From an uncultured Flavobacteriales bacterium (GTDB taxonomy: Bacteria > Bacteroidota > Bacteroidia > Palsa-965), in contig CALJIF010000041.1 in the NCBI GenBank assembly GCA_937974275.1, forward strand, positions 36,498-100,497: 64,000 nt of DNA. Direction: 5' to 3'. Of the stretch, positions 27,144-37,791 are shown in pieces; positions within the stretch are counted from its first letter, which is position 1, and each line of letters opens with the position of its first letter. Made by a program: the position numbers and the translations under genes. The notes below the pieces were generated by a model. That model worked only from the letters and a program-made list of their open reading frames with translations. It was not told where the DNA came from and searched no databases.

Positions 27144-28145
27144 ATTCCTCACCGGCTTCCACACACCATTCTCTCTCTTGTATAAGGTTGCTCCACCGTT
27201 ACCGCATTGCACACCGCAATGAAATGCCACATACACTATTGCCAAATTACCATCGGAGGAATAAATCGGTTTTGACACTTCATAATAGCCTTTCTTATGA
27301 ACGCCAAAATACTTTCCCCATGCTTTGGTAGCTTTCTTTGAAGATAAGCCTTTAGCGGGAGTCACCTTGCTATTAACGACAGTCGCATTTCTTATACTAT
27401 CGCCATTCCAAACGAATTTGGCCCCGGACGACAACTGCTTTTTCATATAGACTACATCTGCAGTGGTGATGATTCCCTTCATGCTTAAATCACTCAGGAT
27501 AATCGAATCTGTATCCAAATCGCCTGAAATCATACACAACGCCGAGTCTCGCAACAGGAAGGTATCAGGTGCTGTCGAATTAATCAGCGCTGTTTTCAAT
27601 AAGTCTTTGCTGGTTTGACCTTTAAGCCCGAGGTTAAGTGCGAGTACAAGAATTATCGCAAGTCGTATATGTTTCATGCCGACTAAGTTAGTGAAGTTTG
27701 TGGTGAACCAAGAGTCATTTTTAAATGGTTTCATCGCCCCCAGTTGTACCATCTCCTTCTGAATTTGTTCGGGCATGAAATAATCTTGCCCCGGTAGTTT
27801 ATCAGATTGCACTCGAGCTAAAGTATGGGCAAATAATCTTCCGCATCGTCGATATTGTTTGTTCAAAGCCTTGACGTATCCATTCAGAAAGTTTGCGAAT
27901 TTTTGAAGAACCACATCATGAACAACACTTGCATCCGGATGCTCAAAAGTTATTTCTATCAGCAAATGGAATTCGTTTGGCAAAAAGTAGTGATCCCTCA
28001 GAACAACAAATCCATTAAGACGCTGATGCAGCATTTTCAAAAAGTAGGAATAATTGCCTTTATTTTTAAAGATATTTTCGAACGCAATGGCTTTGCTGTA
28101 GACGTGATAAGTGCAGCCGGTTTTGAAAGAGTCTTTGGGTATCAT
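27120..28145 (-). CDS. Single open frame fusing a decayed IS200/RAYT-like HuH transposase domain (N-terminal ~155 aa) to a secreted hypothetical protein (internal signal peptide at MKHIRLAIILVLALNLG, ATG at 27677)
   Basis: N-terminal YHVYSKAIAFENIFKNKGNYSYFLKMLHQRL...FLPNEFHLLIE and ALNKQYRRCGRLFA match the Bacteroidota PF01797-type transposase family (consensus ...MPNHFHLL...). The first His of the HuH motif is Glu and the C-terminal Tyr region is not recognisable. The frame runs on without a stop into a signal-peptide protein. Confidence 0.5.
   Translation of the reverse strand: MIPKDSFKTGCTYHVYSKAIAFENIFKNKGNYSYFLKMLHQRLNGFVVLRDHYFLPNEFHLLIEITFEHPDASVVHDVVLQKFANFLNGYVKALNKQYRRCGRLFAHTLARVQSDKLPGQDYFMPEQIQKEMVQLGAMKPFKNDSWFTTNFTNLVGMKHIRLAIILVLALNLGLKGQTSKDLLKTALINSTAPDTFLLRDSALCMISGDLDTDSIILSDLSMKGIITTADVVYMKKQLSSGAKFVWNGDSIRNATVVNSKVTPAKGLSSKKATKAWGKYFGVHKKGYYEVSKPIYSSDGNLAIVYVAFHCGVQCGNGGATLYKRENGVWKPVRNLNSWTKQ
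27678..28145 (-). mobile_element. Remnant of an IS200/IS605-family (Y1 HuH / REP-associated tyrosine transposase-like) transposase gene, probably inactive
   Basis: See the entry above. HuH is degenerate (NEFHLL) and the catalytic Tyr segment is absent. No IS ends were recognised. Confidence 0.45.
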
Positions 28146-28227
28146 GAAAAAAAATTGGACGGCGAAGGTATAGTGGGGATGAGGGGTGAAGCAAGTGATG
28201 TTGATAACTTCGTTTTGATGTAATAAA

Positions 28228-28260
28228 AAACATTCAATGTCTATAAGACATTGAATGTTT
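28228..28260 (-). terminator. Perfect 15-bp-stem palindrome (aaacattcaatgtct-ata-agacattgaatgttt) with a T-run on the minus strand; likely terminator for icmF and/or a REP-like element
   Basis: Perfect inverted repeat flanked by A-runs. On the minus strand it is followed by TTTTTTATTAC. Confidence 0.55.
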
Positions 28261-28305
28261 AAAAAAATTAAATCAAAACGACTTCGTATGTTTAATTTGC
28301 AACTT

Positions 28306-28340
28306 TATACATTAAAGGTCTTAAAGACCTTTAATGTATA
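28306..28340. repeat. Second perfect palindrome (tatacattaaaggtctt-a-aagacctttaatgtata), 7 nt downstream of the icmF stop, no T-run
   Basis: 35-nt perfect inverted repeat, different in sequence from the first palindrome. Confidence 0.6.
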
Positions 28341-28346
28341 AGCCTA

Positions 28347-31300
28347 CTACATATTTCTTCTATACTGTCCACCAACCTCAAACAACGCCTCCGTTATCTG
28401 ACCTAACGAACAAACCTTCACGGCCTCCATCAATTCAGTAAACACATTACCATTACGAATTGCGGTATCTTGCAGTCTCGACAATGCAACTTTAGAGTGC
28501 TCTTCTCTAGACGCATGTAGATTCTTCAGCATACTTATTTGGTACTCCTTCTCTTCAGTTGTAGCCCTGATAACTTCGGCAGGCACAATTGTCGGTGAAC
28601 CTTTTGATGACAAAAATGTATTTACTCCAATAATTGGATATTCACCGGTATGTTTCAGTGTTTCATAATACAGCGACTCCTCCTGAATCTTCCCGCGTTG
28701 ATACATGGTCTCCATTGCACCTAACACACCTCCGCGCTCGCTTATTTTATCAAATTCTCCAAGCACAGCTTCCTCAACCAACTCGGTTAACTCCTCAATA
28801 ACAAACGAACCTTGAAGAGGATTCTCATTCTTCGCTAATCCCAACTCACGATTGATAATAAGCTGAATAGCCATTGCACGACGAACACTTTCTTCAGTAG
28901 GTGTTGTAATTGCCTCATCATATGCATTAGTGTGAAGTGAATTACAGTTATCGTATAACGCGTACAACGCTTGCAATGTAGTTCTGATATCGTTAAAGTC
29001 AATTTCTTGGGCATGCAAGGAACGCCCGGATGTTTGAATATGATATTTCAACATCTGAGAACGTTCGTTCCCCCCGTATTTCAGCTTCATTGCCTTTGCC
29101 CAAATTCTGCGTGCAACACGACCCAATACAGAATATTCCGGATCCATGCCGTTACTAAAGAAAAACGATAAGTTCGGCGCAAAATCATCAATGTGCATAC
29201 CGCGTGACAGGTAATACTCAACGAATGTAAAACCGTTCGAAAGTGTTAGTGCAAGCTGTGTTATAGGATTAGCACCCGCTTCTGCAATGTGATAACCTGA
29301 AATCGAAACAGAATAAAAATTGCGAACCTTGTTGTCAATAAAATATTGCTGCACATCACCCATCAATCGCAACGAAAATTCAGTCGAGAAAATACAGGTA
29401 TTCTGAGCCTGATCTTCCTTCAGAATATCTGCCTGAACCGTACCTCGAACCTGTGATAATGTTTCCGCTTTAATCTTTTGATAAACATCCGCCGGCAATA
29501 CTTGATCCCCGGTAACACCAAGCAACATTAAACCCAAACCGTCGTTTCCTTCAGGAAGCTGTGCTGCATTATACTTCGGCCGTTGTACTCCTTTTGCGTC
29601 CCACAACGCCTGAATTTTTTTCTCAACTTCAGCCTCTAAACCATTGGCTTTAATGTACAACTCGCACTGCTGATCAATCGCTGCATTCATAAAAAAGGCT
29701 GCGATGGTAGGAGCCGGCCCGTTAATCGTCATGGATACAGATGTCTTCGGACTTGCCAGATTGAAACCGCTATACAATTTTTTAGCATCGTCCAAACAAC
29801 AAATGGAAACACCTGAATTTCCAATTTTACCGTAAATATCGGGGCGGTGATCAGGATCACGGCCATATAGTGTTACGGAATCAAATGCTGTAGAAAGACG
29901 ATGTGCAGGCATACCAAGTGACACGTAATGGAAACGCTTGTTGGTTCGTTCCGGTCCTCCTTCACCTGCAAACATTCGCGTCGGATCTTCTCCTTCACGC
30001 TTGAATGGATAAATTCCTGAAGTGTATGGAAATTCTCCAGGAAAGTTTTCTTGACCCATCCAGGTAAGCAAATCGCCCCATGCTTGATAACGAGGTGAAG
30101 ACACTTTCGGAACCATCGTGTGTGATAATGATTCGTAGTGCGTTTTTATTTTCACCTCTTTATCTCGAACCTTAAAGATGTAATACTCATCCTTATACTG
30201 CTGCGCTTTCGCACTAAATGACTCGATCATCTTCATGTTCTTCGGATCGAGCTCGAGTAACAATTGATCGTATTGATTTTGTAACAACTTCAACAATTCA
30301 CTATTGAGATCCTTTTGCTCTGAACGTAATGTTGAAATTGTCGTGTGTATTGCATATAACTTTTGCGCTATTGCCGACTGATCCTGCAAACGACGATCGT
30401 AAGCGCGGTTATTTTCTGAAATTTCCGACAAATAGCGTGTTCGTGCAGGAGGGATGATGTAAACCTTTTCAGACATCTCTTTAGAAATCTGAAATGTCGA
30501 TTCCAAATTAGCCCCTGTTCGCTCAACAACTTTATCAATCACTGCACGGTACAAACGATTCATTCCGGGATCGTTGAACTGGGAAGCAATAGTGCCGTAT
30601 ACCGGCAACTGCTCGTCGTCTGTTTCCCAAAGTTGATGATTGCGCTTAAACTGCTTCTTCACATCACGCAACGCATCCAAAGCACCGCGTTTATCAAACT
30701 TGTTTAGTGCAATGATATCCGCGAAATCGAGCATGTCTATCTTCTCCAACTGAGTTGCGGCGCCGTATTCAGGAGTCATTACATATAAACTGACGTTGCT
30801 GTGTTCAATAATCTCAGTATCACTCTGACCAATGCCGGATGTTTCCAAAATAATTAAATCGAACTGCGCCGCCTTCAACACATCAACCGCTTCCTGCACG
30901 TGTTTCGATAATGCAAGATTACTCTGTCTGGTTGCCAGTGAACGCATATAAACACGCGAGTTGCTAATCGCATTCATCCGAATTCGATCTCCCAATAATG
31001 CTCCACCTGTTTTGCGTTTCGATGGATCTACTGAGATAATGCCGATGTTTTTGTCTTTGAAGTCTACAAGAAATCTTCTAACCAATTCATCAACCAACGA
31101 CGACTTTCCCGCTCCGCCTGTACCTGTAATTCCAAGCACAGGAGTTTTGCTTTTTTGCGCTAACGCTTTGATCTCTGCTGCAGCACCACCATGTTGCTCA
31201 GAAAAATTTTCGAAAGCAGAAATAAGTCTTCCTAATTCTTTATGATTCTTCGGATCAAGATGTTTGACTTCTCCATTCAAATGAACGCCGGTAGCAAAAT

Positions 31301-31730
31301 CACACTTCTCCAGCAAATCATTAATCATTCCCTGCAAACCCATAGCACGCCCGTCATCAGGATGATAGATGCGCGTAATACCATAATCGTGCAACTCCTT
31401 AATCTCCTCGGGAAGAATTGTTCCGCCTCCGCCACCAAATATTTTGATCTGCTCGCAACCTCTTTCTTTCAATAGATCATACATGTATTTAAAAAACTCC
31501 ATGTGACCACCCTGATACGATGTGATAGCGATTGCATTCGCATCTTCCTGTATGGCACAATTCACAATTTCTGCAACACTTCGGTCGTGACCCAAATGAA
31601 TTACCTCAGCACCACTCGACTGAATAATTCTGCGCATAATATTTATTGCTGCATCATGACCGTCAAATAATGAAGCGGCTGTTACAATTCGAACTTTATT
31701 CTTCAGTTGATAAGGCTTTACCTCTTGCAT
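28347..31730 (-). CDS. icmF: Fused isobutyryl-CoA mutase (IcmF-type: N-terminal B12-binding domain + MeaB-like GTPase + acyl-CoA mutase catalytic domain)
   Basis: 1127 aa. N-terminal B12 domain with DxHxxG (FDGHDAAIN). P-loop [12 protein letters not shown] with MeaB-like switch regions. The C-terminal ~600 aa is a methylmalonyl-CoA-mutase-like TIM-barrel substrate domain. Confidence 0.85.
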   Translation of the reverse strand: MQEVKPYQLKNKVRIVTAASLFDGHDAAINIMRRIIQSSGAEVIHLGHDRSVAEIVNCAIQEDANAIAITSYQGGHMEFFKYMYDLLKERGCEQIKIFGGGGGTILPEEIKELHDYGITRIYHPDDGRAMGLQGMINDLLEKCDFATGVHLNGEVKHLDPKNHKELGRLISAFENFSEQHGGAAAEIKALAQKSKTPVLGITGTGGAGKSSLVDELVRRFLVDFKDKNIGIISVDPSKRKTGGALLGDRIRMNAISNSRVYMRSLATRQSNLALSKHVQEAVDVLKAAQFDLIILETSGIGQSDTEIIEHSNVSLYVMTPEYGAATQLEKIDMLDFADIIALNKFDKRGALDALRDVKKQFKRNHQLWETDDEQLPVYGTIASQFNDPGMNRLYRAVIDKVVERTGANLESTFQISKEMSEKVYIIPPARTRYLSEISENNRAYDRRLQDQSAIAQKLYAIHTTISTLRSEQKDLNSELLKLLQNQYDQLLLELDPKNMKMIESFSAKAQQYKDEYYIFKVRDKEVKIKTHYESLSHTMVPKVSSPRYQAWGDLLTWMGQENFPGEFPYTSGIYPFKREGEDPTRMFAGEGGPERTNKRFHYVSLGMPAHRLSTAFDSVTLYGRDPDHRPDIYGKIGNSGVSICCLDDAKKLYSGFNLASPKTSVSMTINGPAPTIAAFFMNAAIDQQCELYIKANGLEAEVEKKIQALWDAKGVQRPKYNAAQLPEGNDGLGLMLLGVTGDQVLPADVYQKIKAETLSQVRGTVQADILKEDQAQNTCIFSTEFSLRLMGDVQQYFIDNKVRNFYSVSISGYHIAEAGANPITQLALTLSNGFTFVEYYLSRGMHIDDFAPNLSFFFSNGMDPEYSVLGRVARRIWAKAMKLKYGGNERSQMLKYHIQTSGRSLHAQEIDFNDIRTTLQALYALYDNCNSLHTNAYDEAITTPTEESVRRAMAIQLIINRELGLAKNENPLQGSFVIEELTELVEEAVLGEFDKISERGGVLGAMETMYQRGKIQEESLYYETLKHTGEYPIIGVNTFLSSKGSPTIVPAEVIRATTEEKEYQISMLKNLHASREEHSKVALSRLQDTAIRNGNVFTELMEAVKVCSLGQITEALFEVGGQYRRNM

Positions 31731-31979
31731 AGTGCTCTCTTTTTATCTGTACTCCCAGAATCTTTGCGACGGCGGTAAAATTAACCTTTCAAACGCAAAG
31801 AACAAAAGGCATCACATTCTACTACAGCCTGATATTGAAATAGTTACGCCTACGTCACACAAAAAATCATAAAACTGACAATCCTCATTTGCTTTCCCGT
31901 TCAAATTGATCTATTTCGCAATATGAAAATTCTGTGGCTAACAGCTAAACTTTTGTTCCGAATTGCATCACAACTTCCT

Positions 31980-33059
31980 TCAATTTTGTTGGTGCGAAAT
32001 CACTAGCCGTGCAATATAATCGCGCAGTGAAAATCCCGAGTTTCGGAAGTCCTTTCGAAATTGATCCTGCTGAGATTCGTAGCGCATAGAAGACATAAAA
32101 ACAGTATTCCCTGATTGCTTCATTCGACGAGCCAATGAATTGGCGAACGTAGAATCTTTACCCGTGAATTTCAAATTCGCCCATCGCTCAATCGTTTCGA
32201 AAGACTGCTTCCTGATGTTCTCCATTGCCGTTATATCTACAACATCTTCCAACATATATTGATATTGCAACCAACCGGAAACTCCGGCCATAAAAATGCG
32301 CCGCTGTTCATCGGCTCTTTTGCCGGCAAGGTATTCAGACTCTTGAATGGACAATGCACCGAATTTGTGTCGAAGAAAAAGTCTTGCACCCTCTTCACCA
32401 ACAAACGTTGCAAAATTTTCATTCCATTCAGTATTATCCGGAATATAAATTGTGCCGTGCAATAATTCATGAATAATCAACTCGGCTAAATCACCTTCAC
32501 TCAACGATAACATCTGGCTTAACACAGGATCCTTCAACCAGCCCAATGTAGACCAACCGGACGCCCCGCCAATGTGAACATCATACCCTAATAACTTCAA
32601 TCGGTCTGCTTCTTCAACGGCCAATTCCTTTTTAAAAAAACCCTTGTACCCGACAGTTCCAATAACAGGGAAACGCCACACATAAGGCTTTAAACGAAAT
32701 CGTTCAGAGGCTGTAACAACATACATTAATCGTTGTCCGCGTTGATCGAAAAACGTCGTATAATTTTCGTTACGGGTTAAACCGAGTGAATCAAAGGCAA
32801 ACTCACGAATTTCCTGAATTAGTAACAATTTAACTTTTACAGAATCGGGCACTTGTGAATCATCTAACACATCTACGATTTCGCGCGAATTAATGACGAT
32901 ATTCAATTGCCCGTTCAACTGTCGCAAACCATAACCACACAGCTCATGGTTGATCACAAAAAAAATCAACAGCGGCACAAACACCAGATCAACTAAAATC
33001 GCGCGAAGCCACCGATAGGTCATTCCCAAAGTTATAGTAACTTTCGCCGTGTTTTTCAT
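31980..33059 (-). CDS. Putative zinc metallopeptidase, 'predicted aminopeptidase' (PF10023-like) family
   Basis: HEXXH in LAELIIHELLHGTIYIPDNTEWNENFATFVGEEG. N-terminal TM/signal. Start chosen at MKNTAKV... (track ORF extends to 33131). Confidence 0.55.
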   Translation of the reverse strand: MKNTAKVTITLGMTYRWLRAILVDLVFVPLLIFFVINHELCGYGLRQLNGQLNIVINSREIVDVLDDSQVPDSVKVKLLLIQEIREFAFDSLGLTRNENYTTFFDQRGQRLMYVVTASERFRLKPYVWRFPVIGTVGYKGFFKKELAVEEADRLKLLGYDVHIGGASGWSTLGWLKDPVLSQMLSLSEGDLAELIIHELLHGTIYIPDNTEWNENFATFVGEEGARLFLRHKFGALSIQESEYLAGKRADEQRRIFMAGVSGWLQYQYMLEDVVDITAMENIRKQSFETIERWANLKFTGKDSTFANSLARRMKQSGNTVFMSSMRYESQQDQFRKDFRNSGFSLRDYIARLVISHQQN

Positions 33060-33810
33060 CCTTTCAAAACTTCTGGCCTTTGCAACCATGCCCTTCACAT
33101 GGATTTGTCTTCTTGTTGCTTTGGCTATCAAAACGAAACACGAGACGAATAGAAAACGTTACATCATTGGAGCAGGAACATTGCTGCTTTTTTTTAGTAA
33201 CAGCTTTATTCTGGATGAAGTAATGCGTAAATGGGAAATTAATTCTACTCCGGAACCACCTGCACAATCTTTCGATGCTATTGTAGTTTTAGGTGGCGTA
33301 AGTAATTGGGATGATGAATTACAACGCACACATTTCTCTCGCGGTGTTGATCGTTTACTGCAAGGAATAATTCTTCATCGCAAAGGCGTTGCACCGAAAT
33401 TGATATTTACAGGAGGCTCCGGTCTGATAGCTTTTCCGCAATACAAAGAAGGCGACCGCATCAGAACGTTCTTTCAACAAATGAATATTCCGGATTCCAG
33501 TTTCCTCATCGAAAATGAATCGCGAAACACCTACGAAAATGCGGTTATGACAGCTGAACTGATAAAGAACAACAACATCGGCAAACGTATTCTGCTCGTC
33601 ACATCAGGATTCCATATGCGTCGGTCATTGGCCTGTTTTCATAAAGCAGGTATCAACGCTGTCCCATTTTCAACTGATCGATACAGCGGGCCGCGCAAAT
33701 TCCTTCCGGATCATCTGCTGTTGCCCAACGCCGAATGTTTTATGGGTTGGAACCAACTTACCCACGAGTGGATAGGCTGTATTATGTACAAAATGAAAGG
33801 TTATTTGTAA
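33049..33810 (+). CDS. YdcF/ElyC/SanA-family (DUF218) membrane-associated protein
   Basis: DUF218 core GGSGLIAFPQYKEGDRIRT...ENESRNTYENAVMTAELIK...ILLVTSGFHMRRS. The frame opens with GTG at 33049. An alternative ATG at 33088 would remove the head-to-head overlap with the divergent gene. Confidence 0.65.
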   Translation: MFFILSKLLAFATMPFTWICLLVALAIKTKHETNRKRYIIGAGTLLLFFSNSFILDEVMRKWEINSTPEPPAQSFDAIVVLGGVSNWDDELQRTHFSRGVDRLLQGIILHRKGVAPKLIFTGGSGLIAFPQYKEGDRIRTFFQQMNIPDSSFLIENESRNTYENAVMTAELIKNNNIGKRILLVTSGFHMRRSLACFHKAGINAVPFSTDRYSGPRKFLPDHLLLPNAECFMGWNQLTHEWIGCIMYKMKGYL

Positions 33811-33816
33811 GCGCAC

Positions 33817-36468
33817 TTACAAATTGGCCAGCTGATCCTGCAGCGCTTTAATCTTAGCTTCAGCATCTGCTTGCTTTCTGCGCTCAACGTCTATCACTTC
33901 AGGCTTCGCATTCTGAACAAAACGCTCATTCGCTAATTTTTTCTGAACAGCATTCAAGAACCCGATATTATATTCAATCTCCTTCTGAAGTTTTGCGCGC
34001 TCTTCGTCCACATTGATATTTCCGGCAATAGGAACAAAGTACTCCACTCCTTTCACAACAAAACCTAATGCACCCTGCGGCTTGTCGGCTACAAACTGAA
34101 TGGAGTCGACAGGTGCTAATTTGACAATAATACCATCAAAAGCACTCTGCGCATCCGCAGACTTTACAAACAAATCAAGCGGTTGCTTTGCGGGAATATT
34201 CTTTTGTTTACGAATCGTTCTTATCTCGGCGATGATTTGTTGTGCAATTGCAAACTGATCCAAAACCTTTTGATCGTATGGTAATACAGTTGGCCATGAT
34301 GCAACAATAATTCCGTCATTAGCACCACGCTCTTCCAAATGGTGATAAAGTTCTTCCGTAATAAACGGCATAAATGGATGTAGCAATTTCAGAACATCTT
34401 CGAAGAATGCAACGGTGGAATTATAGGTCAATGCGTCAACCGGCTTTGCTTGTCCATCAACAAACTCGGGCTTGATCATCTCTAAATACCAGGCGCAAAA
34501 ATCATCCCACACTAACTTGTACGTTGCCATCAAAGCATCCGACAAACGAAACTTAGCATAGTGATCATTAATTTCTCCTAACTGCTGATGGAATCGATTT
34601 TGAAACCACGTAATTCCTGCAGCACAAGATGCAGGTTGCTCCAAATTCGGATCAACTTGCCAGCCACTTACTAAGCGAAATGCATTCCAGATTTTGTTAG
34701 AAAAATTGCGCCCCTGCTCACACAACGATTCGTCAAACGGCAAATCGTTTCCTGCAGGAGAACACAATAACATGCCTACACGTACACCATCCGCACCGTA
34801 CTTTTCAATTAAATCCAATGGATCCGGTGAGTTGCCCAACGACTTCGACATTTTACGACCTTGCTTGTCGCGAACGATACCCGTCAAATAAACATTCTGA
34901 AAAGGTTTTTTTCCGGTGTATTCGTATCCTGCAATAATCATACGAGCTACCCAGAAGAACAAAATTTCAGGCGCTGTTACCAGATCATTGGTTGGATAGT
35001 AATATGCCAAATCTTCATTCCACTTCGCTCCTTTTTCCTTCCCGAAAATTGTAGGATCAAAAACCGAAATAGGCCATAACCACGACGAAAACCATGTATC
35101 CACAACATCTTCATCCTGCGATAAAGTATCCGGTTTACCTGCGGGATATAATTTCAAATATTGCTCAACAGCTTCATCTTTAGTTTTTGCTACTACAAAA
35201 TTCCCGTCCGCGTCATACCATGCAGGAATGCGCTGTCCCCACCACAACTGACGTGAAATGCACCAATCCTGCACATTCTCCATCCAGTAACGATAAGTGT
35301 TAATGAACTTATCAGGAATCAAATTCACATCTCCATTAACTACAGCAGCTAATGCCGGCTCTGAAATTTTCTTCATAGCCACAAACCACTGCGGTGACAA
35401 ACGCGGTTCAATTACTGCGTTCGTACGTTCAGAATAACCCACATTATTCTTGATATCATCCACCTTCACCAAATGCCCCTTCTCTTCCAAATCACGAACG
35501 ATCTGCTTCCGCACTGCAAAACGATCCATCCCAACGTATAACTGCGCGGCAGCATTCAACTTACCATCAGGTGTTAAAATATCAATTGACTCCAGATTGT
35601 GCTTCTTACCTAACTCGTAGTCATTCTTGTCGTGAGCAGGCGTTACTTTTAGTGCTCCGGTACCGAATTCTTTGTCCACGTATTCATCGGCAATAATTGG
35701 AACTGCACGATTGATCAATGGAACCAAAGCACGCTTACCAACCAAATCAGCGTAACGTTCATCTTCAGGATGTACGCAAATTGCAGTATCACCTAAAATT
35801 GTTTCGGGACGCGTCGTTGCAATCGTAATATAACGATCAACCGTTCCTTCAATTTTGTATTGCAGATAATACAATTTCGAAGTCGCTTCCTTCATATTTA
35901 CTTCTTCATCGGATACCGCTGTTAATGCCACCGGATCCCAATTCACCATTCGTGTTCCACGATAGATGTATCCTTTCTTATACAAATCAATGAACACATC
36001 TACCACGGCCTTAGACATATCTTCATCCATGGTAAATCGCGTTCTGTTCCAATCTACCGAAGCGCCCAGCTTTTTCAATTGTTCCAGAATTATCCCTCCA
36101 TACTTCTCTTTCCAGTCCCACGCATGCTTTAAAAAATCTTCGCGGGATAAATCGCCTTTTTTAATTCCTTGATCCGCTAAAAGCTTCACCACCTTCGCCT
36201 CCGTCGCAATAGATGCGTGATCCGTCCCGGGAACCCAACATGCATTTTTACCCTGCATACGTGCGCGGCGTATCAACACATCCTGAATGGTATTATTCAG
36301 CATATGCCCCATGTGTAATACACCTGTTACGTTTGGCGGCGGGATAACTACGGTATAAGGTTCGCGCTCATCGGGAGTAGAGTTAAAGAATCCTTTTTCT
36401 AACCACCATGCGTACCACTTATCTTCCGTAGACTGGGGACTGTATGTTTTGGGTAATTCCATTGCCAT
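33817..36468 (-). CDS. valS: Valine--tRNA ligase
   Basis: HIGH-class motif [21 protein letters not shown] ([10 protein letters not shown]), ValRS editing and anticodon-binding segments, C-terminal coiled coil. Start set at [11 protein letters not shown] (ATG 36468, or 36462); the track ORF extends further upstream. Confidence 0.9.
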   Translation of the reverse strand: MAMELPKTYSPQSTEDKWYAWWLEKGFFNSTPDEREPYTVVIPPPNVTGVLHMGHMLNNTIQDVLIRRARMQGKNACWVPGTDHASIATEAKVVKLLADQGIKKGDLSREDFLKHAWDWKEKYGGIILEQLKKLGASVDWNRTRFTMDEDMSKAVVDVFIDLYKKGYIYRGTRMVNWDPVALTAVSDEEVNMKEATSKLYYLQYKIEGTVDRYITIATTRPETILGDTAICVHPEDERYADLVGKRALVPLINRAVPIIADEYVDKEFGTGALKVTPAHDKNDYELGKKHNLESIDILTPDGKLNAAAQLYVGMDRFAVRKQIVRDLEEKGHLVKVDDIKNNVGYSERTNAVIEPRLSPQWFVAMKKISEPALAAVVNGDVNLIPDKFINTYRYWMENVQDWCISRQLWWGQRIPAWYDADGNFVVAKTKDEAVEQYLKLYPAGKPDTLSQDEDVVDTWFSSWLWPISVFDPTIFGKEKGAKWNEDLAYYYPTNDLVTAPEILFFWVARMIIAGYEYTGKKPFQNVYLTGIVRDKQGRKMSKSLGNSPDPLDLIEKYGADGVRVGMLLCSPAGNDLPFDESLCEQGRNFSNKIWNAFRLVSGWQVDPNLEQPASCAAGITWFQNRFHQQLGEINDHYAKFRLSDALMATYKLVWDDFCAWYLEMIKPEFVDGQAKPVDALTYNSTVAFFEDVLKLLHPFMPFITEELYHHLEERGANDGIIVASWPTVLPYDQKVLDQFAIAQQIIAEIRTIRKQKNIPAKQPLDLFVKSADAQSAFDGIIVKLAPVDSIQFVADKPQGALGFVVKGVEYFVPIAGNINVDEERAKLQKEIEYNIGFLNAVQKKLANERFVQNAKPEVIDVERRKQADAEAKIKALQDQLANL

Positions 36469-36635
36469 AAATGAATGTCTGATTATTAAACCGATGATGC
36501 AGACAATGCAGAAAAAATATAACTTTACAATGCCGTGCAAAAAAGCGTCTGCAAAGCTAAAAAAAAATGAAGCGTGCAGCGGAAGTGGCACGATTTTGGA
36601 TACTCATAAAAAGAACTTAAACACAATAACACATC

Positions 36636-37235
36636 ATGAAAAAGCTACTTATTCTTCCATTTTTGTTTATCGCGGCGGTAACCGTAAAGGCTCAAGGTCC
36701 TGTAACATCGGCACCAATTGACAATCCAACTGCGCCTAACATGTCATTTGATCAAAAAGAACACAAGTTTGGCACGATCAAGCAAGGCGAATCCGTTACT
36801 TATGAATTCAAATTCACCAATACAGGCAAAGAACCGTTGATCATTACAAATGCACAGGGATCTTGCGGATGCACAGTTCCTGAATACCCGAAAGAACCAA
36901 TTAAGCCAAACGGTAACGGCACAGTTAAAGTTACTTTTAACTCCACCGGCAAAATGGGCCCACAGGACAAGACGGTAACATTAACTTACGACAACGGTCG
37001 CACAGAAACATTGCACATGATCGGAACGGTTGAGGCTGCAAACACCCAGGCTCCTGCTGCTGCTCAGCCTGCTGCTGCTCCTGCCGGAAAAACAACTGCT
37101 CCTGCCGGAAAAACAACTGCTCCTGCTAACAATAGCAAGGCTACTCCGGCTCCTTCCTCAAAAACAACTGCTCCGGCTGCTAAGCCTGCGACTCCGGCCG
37201 CTAAGCCTGCACCTGCATCTAAACCAAAAAACTAA
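36636..37235 (+). CDS. DUF1573 domain secreted protein (paralogue 1 of 4) with Ala/Pro/Thr/Lys-rich C-terminal tail
   Basis: Signal peptide. Core KFGTIKQGESVTYEFKFTNTGKEPLIITNAQGSCGCTVPEYPKEPIKPNG. The tail carries a perfect 21-nt tandem repeat (APAGKTT x2). Confidence 0.7.
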   Translation: MKKLLILPFLFIAAVTVKAQGPVTSAPIDNPTAPNMSFDQKEHKFGTIKQGESVTYEFKFTNTGKEPLIITNAQGSCGCTVPEYPKEPIKPNGNGTVKVTFNSTGKMGPQDKTVTLTYDNGRTETLHMIGTVEAANTQAPAAAQPAAAPAGKTTAPAGKTTAPANNSKATPAPSSKTTAPAAKPATPAAKPAPASKPKN

Positions 37236-37259
37236 TTTAAAATTCATTTTATTTCAGTC

Positions 37260-37787
37260 ATGAAATCATTAGTTACTTCAATTGCAATCTTCGGATTGGC
37301 GGTATCGGTTGCTGCGCAAGCTCCGGCAAAGCCGACTCCTACAGCTAAACCTGCTCCTGCTGCGAAACCCGCTCCTGCTGCAAAGCCAACTGCGGGCGAA
37401 CAAAAAGGTGATAATGGTTATAAATTCGATAAAACGGTTCACGACTACGGTACAATTAAAAAAGGTGCGGATGGAACTTGCGAATTTAAAATCACCAACA
37501 CCAGCAAAGAGCCTTTAGTGATACAGTCGGCTGTAGGAAGCTGCGGTTGCACTGTTCCTAAATATGATAAAGAGCCAATTATGCCCGGTAAAAGCACAGT
37601 AATCACTGTAAAGTACGACACTAACCGTGTAGGACCTTTCACTAAAGAAGTTACTGTAATGTTCGAAGGCAAGCCTGAACCGGCTAAAGTTCAAATTAAA
37701 GGTAACGTTGAAGCTCCTCCTGCAGACACCCCGTTCCCGGCTCCGGGTTCAGGTGCTCCGGGTTCAGGCGCTCCGGTAAATAACTAA
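37260..37787 (+). CDS. DUF1573 domain secreted protein (paralogue 2) with N- and C-terminal low-complexity Ala/Pro/Lys linkers
   Basis: DYGTIKKGADGTCEFKITNTSKEPLVIQSAVGSCGCTVPKYDKEPIMPGK. KPAPAA and PGSGA tandem microrepeats. Confidence 0.7.
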   Translation: MKSLVTSIAIFGLAVSVAAQAPAKPTPTAKPAPAAKPAPAAKPTAGEQKGDNGYKFDKTVHDYGTIKKGADGTCEFKITNTSKEPLVIQSAVGSCGCTVPKYDKEPIMPGKSTVITVKYDTNRVGPFTKEVTVMFEGKPEPAKVQIKGNVEAPPADTPFPAPGSGAPGSGAPVNN

Positions 37788-37791
37788 CAAA

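Noticed and set aside
27855-28223. 122-aa plus-strand ORF opposite the IS200-like region
   Set aside because: It is antisense to the transposase-like domain whose family motifs are recognisable. It has no motifs of its own.
31731-31979. Possible cobalamin riboswitch in the icmF leader
   Set aside because: No B12-box-like GCCACTG/conserved core could be found on the coding strand by eye. Left as unverified-negative; an Rfam scan would settle it.
33049-33059. 11-nt head-to-head overlap of divergent genes (zinc peptidase-like, minus; DUF218, plus)
   Set aside because: It is probably an artefact of start-codon choice. Using the ATG at 33088 for the plus gene or a downstream start for the minus gene removes the overlap.
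36469-36591. N-terminal 41-aa extension of valS suggested by the ORF track ([13 protein letters not shown]...)
   Set aside because: The extension is hydrophobic and Phe-rich and is not part of any ValRS. The conserved N-terminus begins at [11 protein letters not shown], and the extension overlaps the divergent promoter region.
37030-37518. Alternative-frame ORFs (37030-37263, 37282-37518) in the DUF1573 linker regions
   Set aside because: They arise from the GC-rich Ala/Pro/Lys-coding microrepeats. The in-frame DUF1573 genes have signal peptides and conserved domain motifs.
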